64,000 bases of DNA from IMG/VR virus record IMGVR_UViG_3300023179_000011, positions 64,001-128,000 of that record. One strand, 5' to 3'. Source of the stretch: a virus. A program made the translations under genes and the position numbers. Positions 56,217 to 64,000 of this stretch are shown one piece after another (positions within the stretch are counted from its first letter, which is position 1; each line of letters opens with the position of its first letter). The notes under the pieces are model-generated. The model ran no database searches. It was not told the DNA's origin and was given only the letters and a program-made list of their open reading frames with translations.

Positions 56217-57209
56217 TCAATAGCGAATTCGCAGGGCGTCGGTGTAGGCCGAATACTTGTAAGTAGACGAAACCTCGCCATAACCGCCTTCGAGATTAAT
56301 GCTCGCTTTCGTGGCGCGTACCCATTCGCGATATGCCTGCCAGCGCATCTGTCCGGCGCGCTCGTAGCTAGATTCTTTGTTCTGGTCGTTTACGGTTAAG
56401 CCAGCCGCCGAATAGTCGAACTGGTTACGGCGGAATTGTTCGGCCACCATCATGAACAGGTTGGCGCAAATGCCTTCTAGCCAGTGATATCTAAACGGAA
56501 AAGACTGCGTGTTGTATACAGCGTCAATCGGCGGCGGTACTTCGTTCCAGTACATCACGGGGCGCGCAATCGCCAGCGCAATCTCAGCGTCGTCAAACAT
56601 TAAGTTATCAAGTAAGAAGCTCTCGCCCGGCGCTGAGTCGCGAAGATGCAGCCGGATCTCTGCGATGCTTGGCGGCCCTCCGGGCTGATTAACGCTAGAA
56701 AACGTACTACGCGCAATCACGACCGAAAACGTATTTGAAAAAACCACGCACGGCTGATTGCTGCTTTGCGCTGGAATACTTACAAGCGCCACTTCGCCGT
56801 AATAGACTCCCGGTACGCTTGTGGCGTTACTGGATAACGCAGCAGCTACTTTACCGGTTTCTGGTTCTACGATCGCGGCCGGCACCTCCACTGGCGGGTT
56901 TTGGTTGCCGAGAGAAAGCTGCTCTTTCAGGCGCAACACTACTTTAAAGTCTTGCGCGTTCGTGCACGCTGTAAGGCTAACAGGGCGACCTTCGCGATCG
57001 TGCATCGTCCATTCGATCGTGGCGCACTGACCCTGCGTCAGAGTAATAGCGCGCATTCTCGTTAGGATCGGCTGGCCGTTGACGCCAGAAATCGGGGCAC
57101 TAACGACGTTCTGCCCTACGCACGAAACCGGCGTAATAGCTTGGCCGTTCGTATTACCGTTGCAACACGGCACAATGGGGTGTTCGGCGGGTGTAGCGAT
57201 GACGACCAT
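56217..57209 (-). CDS. Head-tail adaptor with an N-terminal BppU-like Ig domain
   Basis: IR..LRD..P....L......DDAEI..AI......WNE.PP and NQFDYSAAGLTV.D..K motifs. Confidence 0.7.
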   Translation of the reverse strand: MVVIATPAEHPIVPCCNGNTNGQAITPVSCVGQNVVSAPISGVNGQPILTRMRAITLTQGQCATIEWTMHDREGRPVSLTACTNAQDFKVVLRLKEQLSLGNQNPPVEVPAAIVEPETGKVAAALSSNATSVPGVYYGEVALVSIPAQSSNQPCVVFSNTFSVVIARSTFSSVNQPGGPPSIAEIRLHLRDSAPGESFLLDNLMFDDAEIALAIARPVMYWNEVPPPIDAVYNTQSFPFRYHWLEGICANLFMMVAEQFRRNQFDYSAAGLTVNDQNKESSYERAGQMRWQAYREWVRATKASINLEGGYGEVSSTYKYSAYTDALRIRY

Positions 57210-57243
57210 GTGAGCCTCCGTGTTACACCGTCATTATAAAGAA

Positions 57244-57275
57244 AAACGGCTGGCCGCTTACGCAGCCAGCCGTTT
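57244..57275 (-). terminator. Rho-independent terminator at the end of the capsid operon
   Basis: AAACGGCTGGC / GCCAGCCGTTT stem followed by TTCTTT on the minus strand. Confidence 0.75.
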
Positions 57276-57301
57276 AGAGAGAAGTCCGACTGGGTTAAAA
57301 C

Positions 57302-57637
57302 TCAGTCCCAACCTTCCGGGGTCTTAGTGCCCAGAGTGTCTTCGCTAAGCTTCACCTGATCGATGCTACCATCGTCTTCGTCGGTGAGGTAAACGGCCGG
57401 CGACTTAGTGATAACCAGCGTGCCTTGCTCAAGTGCTTTTTCAAGCGCTTTGAAAGGACGCTGACTGCCGCGACCACCCTTGTAAGACGCATTAGCGCCA
57501 AGGGCCGCAACGAGGTCGCCGGGGACGGTGTACGTCTCGTTGTTTTCGAGACGCTTGCCGTGCGCACCGAGGAAGCCGAACACTCGGGCGGCGCCCGAAG
57601 TGTTCTTAACTGTCGTGTATAAACCGGGTACTGCCAT
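57302..57637 (-). CDS. Probable virion head protein
   Basis: In the capsid operon, with the same GC3-rich codon style as the MCP. Confidence 0.65.
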   Translation of the reverse strand: MAVPGLYTTVKNTSGAARVFGFLGAHGKRLENNETYTVPGDLVAALGANASYKGGRGSQRPFKALEKALEQGTLVITKSPAVYLTDEDDGSIDQVKLSEDTLGTKTPEGWD

Positions 57638-57656
57638 TGTTAGTTACTCCATTTCT

Positions 57657-58046
57657 TCAGGATGCGCTTTGCAGAGCCGCGGCAGCAGCAGCTTGCAGCG
57701 TCAGAACAGCCTGCGCAATCGCAGGTTGATCCGCCGCTACGCTCGCTACGTCGCCGTAAGCAGCCGCCTTTTCACCAGTGCCGCCAAAGCCCGCGGCGGC
57801 AAGCATCTCGTCCAGCTGCTGGTTGGCAGCCGAGAGCGAGGAAGCTTGCGCAGCCGCGACCTTTTCTTGCTCCGCCGTGTAGAGCACATGAAGCTTGGAA
57901 GCAGCAGACCACATTTCAGCGGCCTCGCTCTCCGAACGCGGCTGGATGCCGTGCGCGGCAAGCTTCTCGAAGAAATACGGCGCGGCAAGTTCCGACACAA
58001 TTGTGGCGTATGCTTGCTCAGCCGCTTCTTTAACAGTATCAGACAT
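57657..58046 (-). CDS. Ala-rich head-associated protein with KxA motifs
   Basis: AAGGAG RBS; VKEAA, EKVAA and EKAAA motifs. Confidence 0.7.
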   Translation of the reverse strand: MSDTVKEAAEQAYATIVSELAAPYFFEKLAAHGIQPRSESEAAEMWSAASKLHVLYTAEQEKVAAAQASSLSAANQQLDEMLAAAGFGGTGEKAAAYGDVASVAADQPAIAQAVLTLQAAAAAALQSAS

Positions 58047-58080
58047 AACGTGCTCCTTTGGGTTTAATTCCTACACGGCA

Positions 58081-59007
58081 TCACTTGAAGTTAACGCGAG
58101 CCAGACCGTTGGTATGGCCGAACGAGCCACCCGAAGTCTGATAGGCGAAGTACTCAAGCATGTAAGCTTCACGACGGATGTACATCGTGGTGGGCTCCAG
58201 CTCGTAGTTCTTGCCGATGAACTTCGGCGACGCGAACATGAACAGCGAATCATCGGGGACAAGATCGCGCTTGATCGTGACGATCCAGCGGCAGTTGAGG
58301 AAGTTAGTCTCCGCCCAACCGTTCTTGATGATGTCCTGCGAGAAGTCGCCGCCCATTTCGTCACGGCCGAACTTGAGGAGTTCCTTGATCGTGATGTTAT
58401 TCACGAGGCAGGTTTCAACCTCGAAGTGCGACGGCGTGCGGGGCATGACCTTCAGCGCGTCAACAAGGGTCTCACGGGTGATGCCGCCCGAGATCTCCTC
58501 GTACTGCACAACGCCGCTGGCGACGTTGGCAACACCCGGAGTCGGGAGCACGGCGTTGAAGGCGGCAATAAACTTGCCGTCCTCTTCAGCCAGCATGTCC
58601 TTGATCATGTTGTCGCTGAGGACCTGACGGATGTCGATCACGTACGTACGCAGCTCGTCGACGTCCTTCACAGCGCGGGGCGACACGATCCGGTCAAACA
58701 TGACGCGGTAGCGCGGGCCACGGATGTAGAAGTTAATCGGGAGCGTCGCAAACGGGAGCGACACAGCCGCCGGGGAATCGGGCTCCTTGTCCACAACCTT
58801 GACGGGCTTGTCAGTGTCAACCTGACGGTCAAGCTCGTCGTTGGTGATGGTCAGCGGCGGCATAATCCGCCGGTAGAACCCGTCTTCACGCATTTTGGTG
58901 CGCGTGAAGTCGTTAACCGCGTCGATGGCCTGCTTCTGCATGCCGGGGGTGTCAAGCTGCTCAAAGAGCGTTTCGTTGAGCAGTTGGATCTCTTGCTGAG
59001 TGGGCAT
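58081..59007 (-). CDS. Major capsid protein (HK97 fold inferred)
   Basis: About 308 aa after the decoration gene; REDGFYRRIMPP...PI...Y.V.F.RI.SP....D..EL...I..D..AEED..F; strongly GC3-biased; start re-called to the ATG at 59007 (GGAGG 8 nt upstream). Confidence 0.85.
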   Translation of the reverse strand: MPTQQEIQLLNETLFEQLDTPGMQKQAIDAVNDFTRTKMREDGFYRRIMPPLTITNDELDRQVDTDKPVKVVDKEPDSPAAVSLPFATLPINFYIRGPRYRVMFDRIVSPRAVKDVDELRTYVIDIRQVLSDNMIKDMLAEEDGKFIAAFNAVLPTPGVANVASGVVQYEEISGGITRETLVDALKVMPRTPSHFEVETCLVNNITIKELLKFGRDEMGGDFSQDIIKNGWAETNFLNCRWIVTIKRDLVPDDSLFMFASPKFIGKNYELEPTTMYIRREAYMLEYFAYQTSGGSFGHTNGLARVNFK

Positions 59008-59011
59008 TTTG

Positions 59012-59027
59012 GGAACCTCCATGTTCC
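59012..59027 (-). promoter_or_regulatory. Putative CsrA operator hairpin over the MCP RBS
   Basis: mRNA GGAAC-AUGGAG-GUUCC; exact match to ACANGGANGU. Confidence 0.65.
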
Positions 59028-59046
59028 TTAATTAGTTAGGGATAGG

Positions 59047-59625
59047 TCAGTCGATTGTGGCCGCAGTGCCCGCCGGCAGGTACACGCACCAGAAGGAAAG
59101 CGTGTCCACGCCATTGTGGTTCTTCGACGCGCCACTCGAAACAACACCGCAAACCGGGTTTACGTACTGCACGGCGTTGGCCTTCGTCAGCACACCCTCA
59201 ACGGCAGCGCCGCCAGTGGTGGGAGCAGTCAGAAGATCACCGGGGTTGTACGTCACCGCGCTACCGCCGGACGTCTTCACGTACTCGGTGGTGGCGATTT
59301 CATAACCACCGGTCGCAACAAGACCAGACAGCTTGCCCGAGGGCGAAACCGCTTGGTGCATGAAGTTACCGGCCGCTGTGGTACCCGGATTGCTGACGTC
59401 AGCATCCGTCGAACCGTTCAGCAAGAAGATCGCGACGCCCGTGGCCGACAGACCCGGAACGAACACGTCCTTACCGCCCTCTTTGGCGAGCGTTACGACG
59501 CGACCGCGCGGGACATCATACGTGACTGTGCTCGCCAGCTTGGCCGAGTAGTCAAGGGACGCCATATCGAACCAGCCCTTTTTAACGTCAAGGCCGTGTT
59601 CAAACATAAGATCAGGAGCAGGCAT
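59047..59625 (-). CDS. Capsid decoration/cement protein
   Basis: Beta-rich, immediately upstream of the MCP; GGYEIATTEY...Y.PGD.LT...G.L motif. Confidence 0.75.
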   Translation of the reverse strand: MPAPDLMFEHGLDVKKGWFDMASLDYSAKLASTVTYDVPRGRVVTLAKEGGKDVFVPGLSATGVAIFLLNGSTDADVSNPGTTAAGNFMHQAVSPSGKLSGLVATGGYEIATTEYVKTSGGSAVTYNPGDLLTAPTTGGAAVEGVLTKANAVQYVNPVCGVVSSGASKNHNGVDTLSFWCVYLPAGTAATID

Positions 59626-59629
59626 TGTT

Positions 59630-59643
59630 AGACCTCCGTGTCT
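59630..59643 (-). promoter_or_regulatory. Putative CsrA operator hairpin over the decoration-gene RBS
   Basis: mRNA AGAC-ACGGAG-GUCU; exact match to ACANGGANGU. Confidence 0.65.
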
Positions 59644-59680
59644 TTCTCAATTGGAAACGTGTTCCGTAGGGGGGACGAAC

Positions 59681-60106
59681 TCAGGTAGTGGGCGGGTTAA
59701 GACCAAGGCCCGTAAACAGCTTTACGTCGGAAGCCTTGAGGCGACCATCGCGGGCACCCACATACCCGCTCGTCAGACTGGTCGTCGGGTCGTAGCTGGC
59801 GGCCTTTGTGGCAACCGGCGTACCCAGACGAGCCATTTCAGCTGCGTTTTTATGCGCAGCTAATTTGATAACAAGTTCCATCGTGCGCACCGGATCTTGC
59901 AGGGCGGCGGCAAGCGCCTCCTTCTGGTGCGCCTCGATCCGCTCGTTTTCCACGCACGCCTTGACGGCTTCGGGGATCAGGTGAGCCAGCTTTTCGCTGA
60001 CTTCAACCTGCGCCTTTTCGGCGGCGGCGGCTTTGGTCATCGCCGCATCGGAATAACCGATGTAGTCGATGATCTTATGTACGAGCGCGTTATTTTCGGT
60101 AGACAT
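59681..60106 (-). CDS. Head-associated helical protein with KxA motifs
   Basis: ACACGGAGGT RBS; TKAAA and TKAAS motifs. Confidence 0.7.
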   Translation of the reverse strand: MSTENNALVHKIIDYIGYSDAAMTKAAAAEKAQVEVSEKLAHLIPEAVKACVENERIEAHQKEALAAALQDPVRTMELVIKLAAHKNAAEMARLGTPVATKAASYDPTTSLTSGYVGARDGRLKASDVKLFTGLGLNPPTT

Positions 60107-60122
60107 TAAAACCTCCGTGTGA

Positions 60123-61460
60123 TCAACGATTCACGAGTTCGAGAACGTGCTGCTTCATCATGTCCCGCAGCTGGCGCGAACGCTTTGTGCGGGCTTCTTT
60201 AACTTGGAACCTGCCAGCACGCTTAAAGTTTACAACAGCGCGACCGATGGCGTCTAAATCTTTAGCGGCAGCCATCTTCGGTTCTTCCATCGGCGGAGCA
60301 GCTTCAGGGGCGGGAGCGCCACCAGCAGCGTCGCCGCCGTCGGCGCCAGACAGCGCCTGCAGCAGAGCTTCCGGCGGAATGCCAAGTTCTTCTAACGCCA
60401 TCGCCAGCTCTTGCACGGCCTCGTCTTCCGACGGTTCGCCGCCGCCTACAGCAGCCGGGTCCATATCGCCGCCGCCTTCGGCGCCCATCATGGCTTCGAG
60501 CCCGGCGGGCGCGGCGTCAGCAGCCGGCGCGTCGCTGGCGCCAGAAGCAGCGTCTTCAGGCGCGGAGTGGTCCTCGCCTTCAGCGGCCTCTTCGGTCGGA
60601 TCAGCAGCCGCGGCTTTGGAATTCAGAAAACCGATGAACAGGTCAGCCATCTCGTCGGCTTCGCGAATCGTGTTAGCGCACACTTCACGAACAGACGCCT
60701 CAGCGGCTTCTTTGTTTATGCCGAGCTGCGCAGCAAGCTCGTAGCCAGCCTTGAACGCGGCAGCCTTACCCTCGCGAAGAGCAGCAAGATCAGAACCCTC
60801 GATCTTGCCGTTATCGTTTACGTCGAGCTTGTGCTGGTCGCCTTTGAGGTTGCTGCCGACGTGCTCGCTTCTCTCTTCAGCGGGGGTTTCTTTTTTTTCT
60901 TCGGCTTTTTCTTTTAGAAAAGCCGGCATCTCGGCCGCCTTCTCGTTGTTCAGTTTGCTAGTGCCGAAGTTAATGAGGTTGGCCAGAATGTCGTTACCGA
61001 GGGTGCCGGCACGTTCGCGGGCTTCCTTGAACGTAACCGAGCTGTACTTCTCGCCGTCATTGGCCTTGACCGGCGACGACGTGCCCGGGTCATCCTTATC
61101 ACCCTTGAAATCTTTTTCATTGGCCGGATCTTCACCGGTCGCTTTGGCAGAGACACCGATGTTCGTCTGCACTTCGTCTTGACGACCTTCTTGCGACATC
61201 TCCGGTGTGTTGTCTACAGCAAGAGCGCCCTGCTGCTTCTTGATGTCAGCCTCATACTCGCTTGCGCGCGCACCAGTCGAAGCGTTCTGCACGCCATTGT
61301 CGGCGCTAGTCGTCGGGTGCGAGGAGGCGCCTTGGTATCCGCCCGGATCAGCAGGCACGGGGCCGGCAGACTTCTCAGCCGCAGTCTTTACAGGACTCTG
61401 CGCAATCTCAGCGGCAAGAGCATTAAGTTGATCGAACAGTGAACGTTGCATCCGTGCCAT
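60123..61460 (-). CDS. Scaffold-like / internal head protein
   Basis: Low-complexity, acidic and Ala-rich; between protease and capsid genes; several KxA motifs. Confidence 0.65.
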   Translation of the reverse strand: MARMQRSLFDQLNALAAEIAQSPVKTAAEKSAGPVPADPGGYQGASSHPTTSADNGVQNASTGARASEYEADIKKQQGALAVDNTPEMSQEGRQDEVQTNIGVSAKATGEDPANEKDFKGDKDDPGTSSPVKANDGEKYSSVTFKEARERAGTLGNDILANLINFGTSKLNNEKAAEMPAFLKEKAEEKKETPAEERSEHVGSNLKGDQHKLDVNDNGKIEGSDLAALREGKAAAFKAGYELAAQLGINKEAAEASVREVCANTIREADEMADLFIGFLNSKAAAADPTEEAAEGEDHSAPEDAASGASDAPAADAAPAGLEAMMGAEGGGDMDPAAVGGGEPSEDEAVQELAMALEELGIPPEALLQALSGADGGDAAGGAPAPEAAPPMEEPKMAAAKDLDAIGRAVVNFKRAGRFQVKEARTKRSRQLRDMMKQHVLELVNR

Positions 61461-61478
61461 GACTTTCTCCTTTGGGGT

Positions 61479-61496
61479 CTAATCGTTTCCGATTAG
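61479..61496 (-). promoter_or_regulatory. GAAA-tetraloop hairpin just 5' of the scaffold-like gene RBS
   Basis: CTAATCG-GAAA-CGATTAG. Confidence 0.45.
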
Positions 61497-61503
61497 CTTC
61501 CGT

Positions 61504-62961
61504 TCATGTGACATAATTTTGCAATACACAGTGGTTTGCTGTCAACCAATTGTTTCCGTATTTCTCGCAGATGGCGGCATAAGCAGCGATCTTATACAAC
61601 GCGTAATGTTGCGCAAGAGCTGTTTCTGCTTTTCCACTCGCTTGCTTGTCGGACGGAAACTCAATTGCCCGCGCGTTACGAAGTGCAGCCAAGTATGCAC
61701 GCTTCTCAACGTTAACGGGTAATACGCTATGTGTGTGTGCTACCTTTTCAGCCCACACGCGCGCACTTTGCGGCGCCGCATCAGCTGGAAAGTATACGTT
61801 GTTTTCAAGTAGCGTGACGACATCCGCGTCGTTGGCTAACTTTGAAAACACGTTAGGCAGCGCATACGCAACTGCACTAACAAGTGTGGCGTTAGCTGAC
61901 TTAACTGTCAACGCTAAAAAATCTCGCAAGGGCAAGATTACTCCAGCGTCAGCCAGCCCGCGTAACACCGCAGCCATTTTAACAGACGGAGCGTTATTTG
62001 TATCAATAGGCGGTTGAACTTCGTTGGCGCTGGCCAGAGCCGCCTGCGCCCAGTTACCGCCGGCGCCTGCATCCTTTTCCGCCTGCGCAAGCTGAGTTAA
62101 AGCTTCAAGCTGCAGCTGAACACGGGCTGCCGGGGTGCGCCCTAGGTCAAAGCCGAGCGGCGCAGTAATACCAAGCTGTTCAGCGAGTTCAGCCCCGGAA
62201 ATGCAACTAGTCGAGGCGGCCTTTTGCAACTGACCAGACACGTAGGCAATGCGGTCGGCCGGGCGGAATACGTGACTGATATCAAAAAACGTCGGATTGG
62301 GGTTATCGGCATGTAGCACGTGTCCGTCTTCCAGCACCCGACCCATATTGTGCTTTAAACCGCCAGCTTTGCAGTGGCCGCCGTTCTCGATAGAGTCGCA
62401 ATACTCGGCCCGCGTTTTGGCCGAATTGCCGCACGACGAGCACTTGTCAAACGGGATCTTGCACGCCATCGAAACGGCGATTTCTTTGTCGTTGGCCAAC
62501 TTTTCAAGTTCTTTGTCGGCAATCAGGCCGCCATTTCGGTCTGCCGCTTCTTTCGAGCCGTTTAGCGCCACAACCAGCTCGATACGCTTCATGGGTTCGT
62601 GGTATGCACTGGCCTTTACAATACCGAAGCTTTTGGCCGGGTTCTTGTTGGCATGGTCACGGTAAAAGCGCGCAAATTTTTCAAACGTCTGGTGGTAGTT
62701 CCTGCAGCAATCACGCGTAAAACCGTCGCCGTTACGGTTCGGGCCGTAATCTTCCGTGGCGCCAATCGCAATCATGTGAACCGGCACTTCGTCCTTGGCA
62801 AACTTGATATTTTCAAGCTTGTGCGCAAACTCAGCCCCGGCGCGTTTCACAAGTTCTTGCTTGTCGGTGCCGATAATGCCGCGGCTCGATACTTTGATCA
62901 GCGCGGCAACCGGTTCGCTAAAGTCTTGCGAGTGCGGCTGGATAACTTTGATCATGCTCAT
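61504..62961 (-). CDS. Prohead maturation protease-like protein with Zn finger
   Basis: N.NGDGF...H.NK.P.KS.G.V...VSMAC....D.CS.CGN.A.....YC...F.DIS.V..PAD motifs, as in large-phage prohead proteases. Confidence 0.75.
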   Translation of the reverse strand: MSMIKVIQPHSQDFSEPVAALIKVSSRGIIGTDKQELVKRAGAEFAHKLENIKFAKDEVPVHMIAIGATEDYGPNRNGDGFTRDCCRNYHQTFEKFARFYRDHANKNPAKSFGIVKASAYHEPMKRIELVVALNGSKEAADRNGGLIADKELEKLANDKEIAVSMACKIPFDKCSSCGNSAKTRAEYCDSIENGGHCKAGGLKHNMGRVLEDGHVLHADNPNPTFFDISHVFRPADRIAYVSGQLQKAASTSCISGAELAEQLGITAPLGFDLGRTPAARVQLQLEALTQLAQAEKDAGAGGNWAQAALASANEVQPPIDTNNAPSVKMAAVLRGLADAGVILPLRDFLALTVKSANATLVSAVAYALPNVFSKLANDADVVTLLENNVYFPADAAPQSARVWAEKVAHTHSVLPVNVEKRAYLAALRNARAIEFPSDKQASGKAETALAQHYALYKIAAYAAICEKYGNNWLTANHCVLQNYVT

Positions 62962-62963
62962 GT

Positions 62964-63947
62964 TTACTCTCTCGCAGAGGAACCGCCGAGACTGTTAAGC
63001 AGCGCCGGGACGCCAAGAGCGCCTAAAACCGGCAACCCGATTCCCGCCCAATGTCCGCCTACGCGCGGCATGTTACGGAGCGCCTGTCGCAGGCCCGTAC
63101 CGGTTAGCTTACGGCCAGCCTTACCTACGCCAGATGCGTTCTCCGCCGCAATCGCTGCTAACACGTTGGCGGCGTCGTCCGCGTTACGACCCAGCGCGCC
63201 GCCTAGAAAATTACCCCGCGCGGCGCGGGTCGCAGCATTTACGCGCCCAGTGACAGCGGCAGGCGTTGTAATACCGGCGGTTTCAAGCGGCAAACTCACG
63301 TCGCGCGGAACATAGTCGGCGCCGCGCAGGCGGCGGAGGCTATTGAGAATTTGTTTTGTCAGCGACGGGTCATTTTTTGCTTCTGGTAATTTGCGCAAAT
63401 GCTTTGTGAGATTATTTGTTACACGCGTAGGGCCGCTGTTCGCGCGAAGTTGCTCAACCGTTGGTTTTAACTGTTTTGCCGCTTCATCGCCGGAGGCTAG
63501 AAACCTATCCATCTTGCCGTACGCGTCCAGCGAATTTGCGGCCTGCCTGCCGCCGTACGCGCCGGCGCCTGCGCCAGCGATGTTCAACAGCGCATTACCA
63601 GCAGAGCCGTCTTGATTTTTTGCAGCAGCGATTGCGGGCGGCGGCGTTGTTTTGGTCAGCAACATGTTCTTTGCGGCTGTTGCGCCCAGCCCGCCGATGC
63701 CGCCCATTAGCGCGTAATCGAGCATCGCGCGGCGTTTCTTTTTACCCTGTAACGCGCCAATTAACCCGCCAGCACCGGCACCCAGCGCAGCGTTCTGAAG
63801 ATACGGGTTACTTAGAATTTGCGACAGGTCGGCCTGTTTGCCGAGTTCGGCTGTCACTGCCGCGACTTTCTCTACGGCAGGATCGGGGGTACGAGTCGCA
63901 ATCGCGGATAGACCGCGCGCAAGTTCTTGTAGATTTATTGACGACAT
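62964..63947 (-). CDS. Gly/Ala-zipper internal head or ejection-like protein
   Basis: Repeated GAGAGG.IG glycine-zipper helices, EKVAA and GKQAD motifs; start re-called to MSSINL. Confidence 0.55.
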   Translation of the reverse strand: MSSINLQELARGLSAIATRTPDPAVEKVAAVTAELGKQADLSQILSNPYLQNAALGAGAGGLIGALQGKKKRRAMLDYALMGGIGGLGATAAKNMLLTKTTPPPAIAAAKNQDGSAGNALLNIAGAGAGAYGGRQAANSLDAYGKMDRFLASGDEAAKQLKPTVEQLRANSGPTRVTNNLTKHLRKLPEAKNDPSLTKQILNSLRRLRGADYVPRDVSLPLETAGITTPAAVTGRVNAATRAARGNFLGGALGRNADDAANVLAAIAAENASGVGKAGRKLTGTGLRQALRNMPRVGGHWAGIGLPVLGALGVPALLNSLGGSSARE

Positions 63948-64000
63948 ATTACACCAAACCGCGAGCATGAATCTGTGATTCGAGATTGTTTTTTAACGCT

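Noticed and set aside
1-64000. Alternative genetic code, or inteins/introns in terL, MCP or sheath
   Set aside because: Long genes are intact in code 11 with tight coupling, and no intein or intron signatures were seen.

Overview
This 64 kb window is part of a large contractile-tailed (myovirus-type) bacteriophage genome in the standard genetic code; no integrase, rRNA or CRISPR array is visible. About 1-18 kb is an accessory/regulatory region. It holds a dATP/dGTP diphosphohydrolase-like protein, a gpA-type terminase large subunit (+ strand), a C2H2 zinc finger, a GNAT, tRNA-Thr(UGU), an adjacent 204-nt tRNA-like RNA, a pyrimidine-dimer glycosylase-like protein, an HNH endonuclease, a degenerate primase/DUF927-like protein, CsrA and a SET-domain protein. 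About 18-64 kb is a minus-strand morphogenesis region: two collagen fibres (one with ~15 Cys-rich 60-aa repeats), five tandem paralogous tail-tip proteins, baseplate genes, an embedded sigma factor, tape measure, chaperones, gp5/VgrG-like spike, tube, sheath, neck, major capsid, decoration, scaffold-like and prohead protease genes. The portal gene is not in the window. The strongest leads are (1) a phage CsrA together with textbook CsrA/Rsm operator hairpins (ANGGAN loops on stems of different sequence) over the ribosome-binding sites of the capsid, decoration, sheath and GNAT genes; (2) a tRNA-shaped 204-nt RNA with a 126-nt inserted domain; and (3) a recurrent K-x-A motif in head proteins that may be the maturation-protease site. 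A Planctomycetota host is a weak guess from recalled similarities. All family assignments come from motif recognition, not database searches, and several start codons were re-called from the supplied ORF track.
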